A program made the position numbers and the translations under genes. A DNA stretch of 63,908 nt, counting the filler, from Pelomyxa schiedti (taxonomy: Eukaryota > Protista > Evosea): assembly GCA_020536535.1 (NCBI GenBank). It is 10 parts of 10 records of this genome, joined end to end, with 100 filler letters (N's around TTAATTAATTAA, not from the genome) between each part and the next. Parts side by side here need not be neighbours in the genome. Positions count along the whole stretch, not along the records: positions 18,170 to 30,217 come from JAHLWZ010001223.1; positions 30,318 to 35,321 come from JAHLWZ010000232.1; 8 more parts are not named here. One strand, 5' to 3'. This document shows, piece after piece, positions 23,648 to 35,421 of the stretch (position 1 is the first letter of the stretch; each line of letters starts with the position of its first letter). The notes beneath the pieces are model-generated. The model worked only from the letters and a program-made list of their open reading frames with translations. It searched no databases and was not told the DNA's origin.

Positions 23648-24640
23648 CTATGAATCTATGACAGTGTGGTAATCCATGAAAGCCAGCAGGAGATCGGTCT
23701 CAACATGAGTGATTGCATACCTGACCACTACTGTGCTGGTTGGCTCTGTTCCATCGGACTGGCATTGTGGTGCCGAACACTCCCACACAAAAACGCCACG
23801 GTTCCGCTGCATTGCAAGGGTCATTATGACCAGCAATGGTGCCAGATTACAATCCATGGGCTGCAGCACCCCTTCGATGGAGCACGTTTCGTTGGTGACG
23901 GTGTTGTGGATGTTTTGAACCAGTGAGGTGGAGCCCTGTGAAACCACGCAGATTGGATCCCCACCAAACACGATCATGTTGGTGGCAAAGGGAGGGCTCG
24001 GTCTTGTGAACAACGGCACTCTTGTGGAAGCTCCGCGTCGAGTCAATGTGGTGGAGTCTCAGGACGCCACCTGATCCGGGAACAGCGATGAGCAGAACAT
24101 CGGGGTCAGACTCGCAGAGTGCCGCGTCAGGAATGGGGGCCAGATGCAGGTTTAAAGTCACCCGGCACTCCTCTGTGAACAGCTTGCAGTGCCCGCTGTC
24201 TCCATCTGGATCGGCGTCGTCGCAGAGCCTCCACAGTATCATCTCTGTCAAATCCCTTGTCGAATTCAACAGCACGATCCAGCGGCTGTTGCAATACACA
24301 CTCGGTGCGTGAAATCGCGGATTCCTAGTGCCATCGCCCGGGAACAAGTTCCTCACCATGAAACCTTCCATCCACAATGTCAACCACCACACCTAACCCC
24401 AGCTTCTTCGTCACCAGCAGCCTGTCCTCACCAGTTGGCAAGTTTCTGAGAGTTGCCACTTGGTCTGGCTGTATCCTCCTTGCGATGTCCGGGGGGGGAG
24501 CCGATGGACCCAACCACCATCGACGAATCCGAGAAGCCTCCAAACGTCTCAAACATCACAGACCTCACAACGCCCACAGTCGGCGACAAGCAGAGCCACA
24601 AGTGCACCTCGTGCTCCAAATCTTTTGTAGTGCCATCTGA
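23648..24640 (-). pseudogene. Frameshifted, 5'-truncated member of the HPRCG-type family
   Basis: LWLCLSPTVGVV, YCNSRWIV and HIDSTRSF blocks spread over different frames. Confidence 0.55.
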
Positions 24641-24649
24641 CACAAGATT

Positions 24650-25145
24650 TCTGGGAAAGATAGCAGGCCTCAGTTTGTGTGTGGCAATGAAGACCAATTA
24701 TTCCTTCACTGCTGTGATTCTGGCAGCAGACCCGCATCATTTTTTGAGCTTGTTCTCGTGGATGTTGCACAGACATTCTCATCAAAGAGACTGGCAGTGT
24801 TGAGTTCAACTGTTCCAAGATTGGATGACATGCCGCCACACCTTCGCGGATATGAGTTCTTTTTTGGCAACAGCTCCTGTTTTGCATTCCTCAAACAGAA
24901 TAAGAGTGGCGAATTCCGCTGTTTTGTCATGAAAAGGAGTCCACACTCCATTTTCTCTTTTCCCTCTCCCTTTGTGGACTTCATCAGAATGGATGAGGGA
25001 ACAGGAAAACTGCAACCAATGTTTCAGGCCCCTGCAGCAACCAATCATTATCCTCTGTCACAGTTGAACCAATCACAGTTCTGTGCTTGTTTTTGGTCCC
25101 AAACAAGATGCCTATGAAGTGTGGGATGTGAATGAAACAAACAAC
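24650..25145 (+). pseudogene. Internal fragment paralogous to the 19551-21023 gene
   Basis: FVCGNEDQLFLHCCD...FFELVLVDVAQTFSSKRLAVLSSTVPRL...MDEGTGKLQPM...YEVWDVN closely matches 20350-20810. No 5' half; frameshift near 25110. Confidence 0.8.
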
Positions 25146-25384
25146 CCGGCTGCTGGTGTGGATGATGTTGATGCTTCCGTCGCACTGTTTGCTTTGTGGG
25201 CCGACGCTGGTAACATGTGACGGCGTTCTGGGAGCTAGATACCACAGAAAGGACTCTGACCCGGTCAGAGTGACCAGCCCACATAATAGACGAGACACAG
25301 AACACGACAACTGGTCGGGGTTTCTCTTGGATCTGTTAAGAGGAACTCCCTTCATTTCTCCGAATCAACAACTTCTTGAAAACC

Positions 25385-28300
25385 ATGATGACAACGACTT
25401 TGTCAAAGTCACGCGTGGGATCCAGGGAGTGGTTCATAGCCGCACATAGGGGCGACAGTGACGCACTGCGGCGTCTGCTGGCCGGCGACCGCGACCTGCT
25501 AAACTCTATAGACAACGGACGACAACGAGTGGTGTGAATTGCGTAGCAACTCTTTTTTTTTTCACACGATAATAATTCCTTTGGGCACACACAGACAGCG
25601 TTGCATACAGCCACGTGGGCAGGGAATCAGCGGTGCGTTGAGTTCCTATTGTCAATGAATGTCGATGTCAATTCTCAGGTAAGGGCCCTTATTTTGAGGT
25701 ACTCACTGACTCACCCACAAACTTGTATCTCTCACTTCACAGATTGTGTGTAATACTATCCTGATTATGTTTTCAATCCCTCTCCTCTAAAAACGTAAAT
25801 TCAGGGGCCGGCTGTACGTACTGTCATAACTTTTCAATCCTTTTATTGCGTTTATTCACTTGCTTCAATTTCTCTCTCTTTGCTTTGCTCTGTGGCATGT
25901 TCAGGGAGTGTGTTACTGCTCCCAACCCTTTTTATCACGTTTATTCATCAATTTTCTGACTTGCTTCAATTTCTCTCTCTTCACTTTGCTCTGTGGCATG
26001 TTCAGCTTGTGTGTAACTGCACCCAACCCTTTTTATCACGTTTATTCATCAGTTTTCTGACTTGCTTCAATTTCTCTCTCTTCACTTTGCTCTGTGGCAT
26101 GTTCAGTTTGTGTGTAACTTCTCCCAACCCTTTTTATCACGTTTATTCATCAATTTTCTGACTTGCTTCAATTTCTCTCTCTTTGCTTTGCTCTGTGGCA
26201 TGCTCAGGATGTGTGTAACTGCTCCCAACCCTTTTTATCACGTTTATTCATCAGTTTTCTGACTTGCTTCAATTTCTCTCTCTTTGCTTCTCTCTGTGAT
26301 AAACTCAGGGAGTGTGTAACTGCTCCCAACCCTTATTATCGCGTTTATTCATCAATTTTCTGACTTGCTTCAATTTCTCTCTCTTCACTTTGCTCTGTGG
26401 CATATTCAGCTTGTGTGTAACTGCTCCCAACCCTTTTTATCGCGTTTATTCATCAGTTTTCTGACTTGCTTCAATTTCTCTCTCTCTTTGCTTTGCTCTG
26501 TGGCATGTTCAGCTTGTGTGTAACTGCTCCCAACCCTTTTTATCATCAATTTTCTGACTTGCTTCAATTTCTCTCTCTTCGTTTTGCTCTGATGTTCAGT
26601 TTGTGTGTAACTGCTCCCAACCCTTTGTATCACGTTTATTCATCAATTTTCTGACTTGCTTCAATTTCTCTCTCTTTGCTTTGCTCTGTGGCATATTCAG
26701 AATGTGTGCAATTGCTCCCAACCCTTTTTACCACGTTTATTCATCAGTTTTCTGACTTGCTTCAATTTCTCTCTCTTCACTTTGCTCTGATGTTCAGCTT
26801 GTGTGTAACTGCTCCCAACCCTTTTTATCACGTTTATTCATCAGTTTTCTGACTTGCTTCAATTTCTCTCTCTTTTCTTTGCTCTGTGGCATGTTCAGTA
26901 TGTGTGTAACTGCTCCCAACCCTTTTTATCGCGTTTATTCATCAGTTTTCTGACTTGCTTCAATTTCTCTCTCTTTCTCTTCACTTTGCTCTGTGGCATG
27001 TTCAGCTTGTGTGTAACTGCTCCCAACCCTTTTTATCACGTTTATTCACCAGTTTTCTGACTTGCTTCAATTTCTCTCTCTTCACTTTGCTCTGTGGCAT
27101 GTTCAGGATGTGTGTAACTGCTCCCAACCCTTTTTATCGCGTTTATTCATCAGTTTTCTGACTTGCTTCAATTTCTCTCTGCAACACTTTATATCATTTT
27201 TCTTACTGTTTGATGGACACTTTTATCCTATTGCCACAAGGGAGTAAGTATACACTCCTTGGCAGCTTTTGTTCTAACTTTCCGCGATTTTTATGATAAT
27301 TTGCACTGCTGCAGATTGTATGAACTCCACTCTTTGAATATTGCCTGTGCTCACCTTCTTATTTTTCAGGAAGTACTACTTTTTTTCTTATTCTTGCTGT
27401 GTTACTCATATATTTTGGGGGTCTCCCTTTCAAATTGAAAGGGTGATGTACGTGGCCACCCCCCAATATCCTTTGTTTCCTTTACTTTATTTGATGCCTG
27501 ACCCAAAACTTAATTTTCGTGTCCCTCTCTCTCAGACGGCACTTCATCTTGCCTGCAGACAAGGAAACGTTAGAATTGTGGAACAACTTCTGTCTTGTGT
27601 GGGTATTGGCAGTCATATCAAGGTTGGTTTCCCCCTTTTTGATTGACATGTGTTGTAATTCCTGCTGGCACAGAACAAGAAGGGAAAAACAGCACTTGAG
27701 AGCTCAGAAAATGATAAAGTGCGTCAAGTATTCCAAGCTGTGTGTCCAGCCACAACATCATCAACAACGCAGGCAGTCACCTCTCCCAAAACAGCCCAAC
27801 AACAACAGCAATCACATCCGAGCCCACCCTCTGCTCCAAATAAGACATCACTGTCGTCACCCACCCCACCAAAACCACATCCACAACCAGCAACTGCAAG
27901 ACGTACCACAACAATGGGGACCAGGAAAGTGCTACCCAGAGCTCTTGATGAAGGTGGTGACACCATCAACAACATCAGGAAACAAGAGAGAGACTGCTGG
28001 GAATTCAAGGCAAGGCCGATGAAGAGTTTAGTGAAAAACCCCTTCCCCTCAAATGAAAATGCAAACGCACTTTGTGTTCAAAAGATGAGATCACGGAACT
28101 GAAGGCAAGAATCACACAATTGGAGGAAGAAAACACAAAGAACCTGAATCTTCTCCATGAAGAAACCAAACAACATGCGACTGCTCAACAAAGAATTAAA
28201 GAAATGAAACGAATCTATGAAGAAAGAGAAACAGACAACCAACAAAGATTTCATGAGCTTCAACAACAATGTTTGTCCTTTCAGATCTTCTTTTTTTGCA

Positions 28301-30217
28301 TTTCTCATTCTCGTTCATATGCACATCATCAAGGGAAAAATAATTCAGAGGTGTGTCTGTGTATATGTGTGTGTTTTGTTGTTTGCCTTGACGTTGACAA
28401 TAACAATAATAATCTCTTAACAACATGCATATACATACAGATGGAGCTCCAAAGGTTGCAAGAAAAAACCGTGTCCGACATGTCTGCAAAGAACAAGGGT
28501 GTGAACACACCCTCCTCCAGTTGAACTCATCATTGGCTCCCTCATCACTGGGGGGTTTTTTTTTCCCTTTTTTCCAAAAGCAGAACTCAAGGAACTGGAG
28601 GCACACATAACAACATTGGAGGAAGAAAGTGTGAAGAACCTTAAAAGGTTTTGTGACGAGAGAGCATCTGACCAACAAAGATTTCGTGATCTCCAATGCT
28701 GTTTGTGCTCTCTGCCCGCTCACGCACACTCCATCCCCTCCTTTTTTTTCTCAACCCTAACCCACCCTACACAACATACATGCAGCACAATAACGACGCC
28801 ACACCAACAATTCTAATTCTGTCAATATAGACATAAATCATGTGATATCACATATTGAACAAGGAGAAGGCACGTGGCGCAACATTCTCCTCCCTGAAAA
28901 CAATAAGACCAATGACTGCAAGCAATTGCAACTCAGGATCACGTTTGAGGATCTTCCCTCTTTTGATGAAATTGTGTGTGGATCCTGTCCCCTTCAAATG
29001 GTGCCTTCCTCTCTTGTGAAGCTCCCCCCTTTCTTCTTTTCTTTTCTTTTTGAAGCTTCCCCACCTCCCTTTTTTTTTTCGTTCTTTGCGATGTTTCTAA
29101 CTAACTGGTTGTTTGTCACAAAAGATGGTGCAGCTTATCGTTTCAAGGAAGTTTGGAGTTGAACCAACACAAGTGATTTTCACTGTCGGTTCAGAAAACA
29201 ACAACTCTGAGGATCTGCTGCCGACCGATTCATCCATTGCCTTGGGTGACATTCAACGACGACTACAACACAGCGGCAGCTGCAGAAACAGAGTTGTTGT
29301 TCAAATCAAGGTTCGAATCAAATCAACAATGTCAATCCAAGAGAAAGACCTGAAACTTGTTTCCCCACTTGGAGTCGGATCGTATGGAACTGTTTTCAAG
29401 TGCACTTTCCATGATGATCACAACGCAATGACCACTTCCTCCTCATCATCCTCATCGGAAAGAACAGCAACGTTTGTGGCAATTAAAGCACTTCACGAAG
29501 CCATCAAGTCTGAGTTCAACATCACCAAGTTTCAGCAGGAAGCTTTGGTGAGTGAGACGGAGTTTTGTCTCTGATAATCTTGCGTTCTAAAATTCACGAT
29601 CCATCCACTCACCAGGTTTCGTCAAGCTTGAGGCATCCAAACATTGTGAGATGCCTTGGAACTTGCGTCACTAGCACAGGGTCACTCTGGATCGTGTCCG
29701 AACTTATGGAAATGAGTCTCAGGCAGCTCCTTCAACATGTTTGTTTTTTGCACGCTCTTCCTCCCACTCGTTTTTGGTTGAACTCACTCAGTTTGTAAAT
29801 ATGAATCTATATGTACATACATACACCAACACAATTATTAGAAAGATTTGACATTCATGGAAGTTGTGGCAGTTTCTTCCGGAATTGCCAAAGGAATGAC
29901 TGCACTTCACAGGTTTCATTCAATTTCAGTTCTTCTTGCCACTCTTTTTAAAAATAATATCATTTACGTTGATCTGCCTAAAAACACAGGAGGAACTACA
30001 TGCACCGGGACCTGAGCAGCAACAATGTTCTCCTCGATTCTTGTGGAACTCCAAAAATAACTGACTTTGGTACTTTCTGCAATTGACACAGACACAGACA
30101 CAGACACAGACACAGACACAGACACAGACACAGACAACACACAGACACACATACACACACCTCAACACACTCAACTCAACCAACTGAAAATGAAGGAGTA
30201 TCAAGAGCCCTCCAGCA
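25385..30217 (+). CDS. Ankyrin-repeat / coiled-coil / tyrosine-kinase-like protein kinase (3' end truncated)
   Basis: ANK exons WFIAAHRGD, TALHTATWAGNQRCVEFLLSMNVDVNSQ, TALHLACRQGNVRIVEQLL, NKKGKTAL; Pro/Gln linker; coiled-coil exons; kinase motifs LGVGSYGTV, VAIKAL, LRHPNIV, HRDLSSNNVLL, KITDFG. Confidence 0.92.
25743..27447 (+). other. Array of 19 candidate in-frame micro-exons
   Basis: AG|x|GT at 25743 ATT, 25805 GGGCCGGCT, 25905 GGA, 26006 CTT, 26107 TTT, 26208 GAT, 26309 GGA, 26410 CTT, 26513 CTT, 26600 TTT, 26701 AAT, 26798 CTT, 26899 TAT, 27006 CTT, 27107 GAT, 27241 GGA, 27315 ATT, 27370 GAA, 27442 GGTGAT. Confidence 0.8.
25840..27180 (+). repeat. ~101-bp tandem repeat, 13 full units, each an intron plus 3-nt micro-exon
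   Basis: Unit: GTGTGTAACTGCTCCCAACCC...TTTTCTGAC (branch-like)...pyrimidine tract...TTCAG-NNN. Confidence 0.95.
30085..30150 (+). repeat. (GACACA)n intronic microsatellite
   Basis: About 8 perfect hexamers after the DFG exon donor. Confidence 0.9.
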
Positions 30218-30317
30218 NNNNNNNNNNNNNNNNNNNNNNNNNNNNNNNNNNNNNNNNNNNNTTAATTAATTAANNNNNNNNNNNNNNNNNNNNNNNNNNN
30301 NNNNNNNNNNNNNNNNN

Positions 30318-33300
30318 TGTACTCTTGGCATTGCAGGCATGTTTTACAGTACTTGTAGACATCTGTACTCATGTTTTTCCACCAGTATCGTCGTCGGATT
30401 TTATCGTACGTTCGGGCAAACGACAGGTGGCCTCCAGCATATGGTGAATCATGGTACTCATGCATGATGTCTTCCCTTTTGACCACGGGCAGGACTACAC
30501 ACAGCAAAGGTGGCTGTCTTATAGAGAAAGTTACCCATCGGTACATGATGTTATCATCACCAAGCAGGAACTGTTCTGCAGTTAGTAACAGCTCACGTTT
30601 CCAACGAGCATCAGTTGAGGTAATTTCCTTTCCCTCCAGTACTGCCCTAATGTCTTGAATGTAGGTGTCACGGCTCTGCGCCAGCACCAGGTCTTGTTGC
30701 GCTTGTCCTATCTCGACAAAGTTGACTACACCACTCTGTGGGTAATGTGACAGTGTGTGCGGTACCACTAGGGCCTTCCCTGGTCTGTGCTGTATGGCTG
30801 CATTGTATTGCAGCAGCGTCAAGGCCCACCGAGCTAATCTTCCTGTGAGATTTTTTGCTTCCATGAGGTACTTGAGGGCGGCATGATCGGTATACAACGT
30901 CACAGTCGCTCCATGGAGATATTGCCTCCAGTGCTTTATTGCTTCAACCGCGGCTAAGCACTCCCGTTCCCGTGTATCATAGTTCCTTTCAGCGCAAGAC
31001 AAGACCCTACTCCAGTATGCTATGGTTGATCTGCCTTTAGGTGTCACTTGGTACAACGTAGCTCCAACTCCGATTCCCGAGGCATCCGATTCTACACAGA
31101 AAGGCTTTATCATATCTGGGAACCCTAGTATTGGTGCGGACACCAATGCTGATCGCAAAGCCTGGAATGCTTTTTCCTGAACGGCCTCCCAGCGGAAAGA
31201 AGCATAGTTTGAACCTACCTCAATTAACGGGCGCGCTATGGCAGCAAAGCCCTGGATGAAACGGCGGCTGAATCCCGCCAAGCCTAGGAAACTTTGCACA
31301 TCTTTTACACATTGTGGCCTGGGGAAATCTGCTACGGCCTGTATTAATGTTGGATTGATGCGAATACCCTGTGGTGAGACCATGTGCCCCAAATACTGTA
31401 GCTCTACTTTCGCGAAGTCGCACTTGGATAAGCGGATGTGTAGGTTTGCTCGGTCGAGCCTGACGAGGACTTCATGCAATCTGGCGTTATGTTCTGCAAG
31501 GGTACGGCCAAAAATAAGAATATCGTCAATATACACTAGGCACTGCTCCCAGAGCAGTCCACTGAGCACTATGTTCATCAACCTTTGGAAAGTAGCTGGT
31601 GCATTACATAGGCCAAAAGGTAACACATTGAACTCAAAGAGCCCTTGCCTTGTCATGAACGCTGTCTTTGACTTATCCTGCTCCGCTCTCGGGACTTGCC
31701 AGTACCCTGAACACAGGTCTAGTAGCGTGAAGAAGGCATTTCCTGCGAGTGTGGATAGGCACTCCTCGATATGTGGTAGGGGGTGTACATCTCGTCGTGT
31801 GACGGAGTTCAGTTTCCTATAGTTCACACAAAACCGGACAGTTCCATTTTTGACTTCAACGCCTGCGGTATTCGCTATTCCTAGATCCGCAGGTAGGGTA
31901 TTTGCGCTACGCATTGTATAGTAACAGTCTTCTTCAGCAAATGCGACGGGCATCTGTTCCACTACTTGTTGGCGTGCTGGGTAGATCTGGTCTACTGGTG
32001 CAGTAATGAAGATCCTGTGCGGTTGTACTGTGGAGTTTGTTCTGACTCCTTTGCGCCACGGGAAATCTATGATGTCTGGGGATACCAATACCACTTTAAA
32101 TGCGTAGCGGAAGTCGTTTCCAAGTAGGAATAAGTTGTTTATGTTTTTGACAATACCAAAGGGGAATTCTAGCATTCGCCCTGCTAGCCAGAATGCCAAT
32201 GTCACTGATTTGTCAATTTGCAGTTCTGTCTTTCCTGCTGTAAGGCAGTCGCCTATAAAATCTGCCTCCTTTTTTATGCTTCTTGGATCTGATGCCTGAA
32301 TTTCCTCCAATATGTTTGCACTCATGAGGGAGTATCCTGAGCCAGAGTCCAGGCATGCATCTCGTTTGTGAGTTGCCAATCTAACTGTCAAATATGTAGG
32401 TGTGAAACGAAATCTTCCGTTAGAGTTGCATATGTGCACTTCAGACTTTTTGCGGAGAATACCCTTTCCAAGACAGCCCGACGGAGGTTTCTCCAACCCT
32501 CCCGGCTTGAAGTTAACAACCACAGCAGACCCCTTACATGTCCGGACCCCCCCAGGAATTTCCTCATCTGGCTGAGATTGGTACGACCAAGTAGAGGTCT
32601 CTGTACGGGTGGAAATGGGCTCACTGCGCCCCATACCAGCACGATCACGATGAACAGCACACCTGGCTGACACCGCAGAGGCATCAAGATCATACAGGCG
32701 AGAGGTACCTTCCCGCCTGGATCCACCCCTACAACCACGTGCTGGTATAGTGTGTACGGATCCTGTATCACACTCTTTATCTAACACCCCATCACTTCCA
32801 TCTTGGATCGGTCTTATACAATAAGTATGCTCACGATGTGGCGACTTGCTTCTATTGGGGGATTCACCTCTATTACTAGCGTATGGGCAATTTCTCTTTG
32901 TATGTCCCCAATTCTTACATCTGAAGCACTGAATGAATCGGACCTTAGGTTTACCTGAATCACTCTCGCTCTTGTCACTATCACCCGTCGGTGGTGGAGA
33001 GGTCTCTGGTCGGTAACTACTGACATGATAAGGTCGCTGGTATGGCCGGTGATAGCTATATGGCTTGTGATAAGATTGACGTTGCATTCCTCTTGGTTGT
33101 CTACTGTGATAGAGGACATTTGCTGAAGTTGGATACTGTTGGTATGGGTTACCCTCTCTTGGGAACTTATCCTTATCATACACCCAGCATTGTTCCACTG
33201 CGTCCGCGAATGCCCTGAATGAGGAATACTTCACTCCATGAGCCTGATCCAATGTTCTTTTCCATTCCAAGGGTAAGAGCTCACGGAATATGTGGATTAG

Positions 33301-34330
33301 CCCAAAATCATCTGTATGACCCGATGCTTCATTGAAAGTATTTACGAACCTCAGGGTCATATCATTCCATGTTTCATCTTGCCTTATTCCAAAGTGTTCT
33401 AGACTAGAAACAGCACTGCTGGTATTACACATGTCGAAATTTGCTGCCAGGAATTGCAGGACTTCCTGAGCTGAAGTGCAGGGTCCCGCCATTGATGCGG
33501 CAGAGCCTTGTACTGCCAGAAGGATGGCGGATAGCACCTGTCGTTCCGAATGCTGAGTAATCATGCTGCGCACTTTCAATAGCCACGGCCTCAGGCTCAT
33601 TGTTGCCGGATTGAAGATAGGTAACTTCAACACTTCCTTGCAATCTTTAGTACTGACTTGAAATAGCAGGCTTTCTGTAGGCGTATTTGGGAAACGAATT
33701 GTGAATGTCGCTGGTGGTGCTGGTTTTTGTACTGGACTTGCTACTGATGGGGGTTTGAGAATGTGAGGATTTGTTGCTTGTATGTTTTGAAGTATTCCCG
33801 CTGTCACGCGATTTATTATCTCATTCATATCTATGGGTTGTACGGTTGCTGATGCGATTTGTCGTTCTGGTTGTTGTGACGGTCGTTGGTCAGTGGGGTT
33901 TGTCGAGGTGCCCGGAGATTTTGGCGCACCTCCACCATTTGTGGGATTGATACCCTTGTCGCCCATAAATGTAAACACAAGAATAGAAAGGAACAAGGTT
34001 AAGGTTTTTATTTAACTCCTTTGTTATGTTGGTGGCTGGTGTAGTTCTAGGCTGAGTCACACTCTGAGTATGTTTCCCAGAGATCCAAATCAGAAGACCT
34101 TCCGCGAAGTAATCAACGTCCATTCTCACACCATTTGGTCGCCCTTGAACGCACAAGATCCGGTGATAAGGAACGACTTGTCATACGAAGGTGTGGTTGC
34201 GCTGCCGTTCATTTTTTTAAAACTCTGCTTTTATTTGATTTGATTCCTTCCGGGAAAACTGCAGGTAAAAGATGCCAACCCAACTTGGTTGAACAGGTCT
34301 GTTTTTGTCTTGGTAATCCTGGTTTTATTC
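30318..34330 (-). mobile_element. Ty3/gypsy LTR retrotransposon, single gag-pol ORF (30318-33996), truncated in integrase
   Basis: Gag knuckle CFRCKNWGHTKRNC, protease LDSGSGYS, RT LDLCSGYWQ/PFGLCNAPATFQ/YIDD, RNase H DASGIGVG, integrase H2C2 HDSPYAGGH...CKTCLQC. PR-RT-RH-IN order. PBS-like TGGTGTGAGAA starting at 34133. Confidence 0.95.
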
Positions 34331-34331
34331 T

Positions 34332-35321
34332 TTAATCCCAGAAACCAAGCTCAGGCTCTGGAGTTTCTTCTACTGCAGGAGTACTTTCAGTCTCATCCCC
34401 ACTCCCAGGTGTAGGTGTAGTCTCCTCCAAAGAAGAGTTGTATNNNNNNNNNNNNNNNNNNNNNNNNNNNNNNNNNNNNNNNNNNNNNNNNNNNNNNNNN
34501 NNNNNNNNNNNNNNNNNNNNNNNNNNNNNNNNNNNNNNNNNNNGCACACCTGGCTGACACCGCAGAGGCATCAAGATCATACAGGCGAGAGGTACCTTCC
34601 CGCCTGGATCCACCCCTACAACCACGTGCTGGTATAGTGTGTACGGATCCTGTATCACACTCTTCATCGAACACCCCATCACTTCCATCTTGGATCGGTC
34701 TTATGCAATAAGTATGCTCACGATGTGGCGACTTGCTTCTATTGGGGGATTCAGCTCTATTACTAGCGTATGGGCAATTTCTCTTTGTATGTCCCCAATT
34801 CTTACATCTGAAGCACTGAATGAATCGGACCTTAGGTTTACCTGAATCACTCTCGCTCTTGTCACCATCACCCGTCGGTGGTGGAGGGGTCCCTGGTCGG
34901 TAACTACTGATATGATAAGGTCGCTGGTACGGCCGGTGATAGTTATATGGCTTGTGATAAGATTGACGTTGCATTCCTCTTGGTTGTCTACTGTGATAGA
35001 GGACATTTGCTGAAGTTGGATACTGTTGGTATGGGTTACCCTCTCTTGGGAACTTGTCCTTATCATACACCCAGCATTGTTCCACTGCGTCCGCGAATGA
35101 CCTGAATGAGGAATACTTCACTCCATGAGCCTGATCCAATGTTCTTTTCCATTCCAAGGGTAAGAGCTCACGGAATATGTGGATTAGCCCAAAATCATCC
35201 GTATGACCCGATGCTTCATTGAAAGTATTTACGAACCTCAGGGTCATATCATTCCATGTTTCATCTTGCCTTATTCCAAAGTGTTCTAGACTAGAAACAG
35301 CACTGCTGGTATTACACATGT
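34332..35321 (-). mobile_element. Second near-identical gypsy copy (gag fragment, gap, probable pol C-terminus)
   Basis: 34544-35321 nearly identical to 32657-33433. 34332-34443 is an acidic ORF end (...PEPELGFWD*). Confidence 0.85.
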
Positions 35322-35421
35322 NNNNNNNNNNNNNNNNNNNNNNNNNNNNNNNNNNNNNNNNNNNNTTAATTAATTAANNNNNNNNNNNNNNNNNNNNNNN
35401 NNNNNNNNNNNNNNNNNNNNN

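Noticed and set aside
25840-27180. CRISPR array or coding repeat (MLQFLSL... ORFs)
   Set aside because: No unique spacers, no cas genes, eukaryotic context. The 101-bp period breaks frame, so these ORFs are by-products of an intronic repeat.
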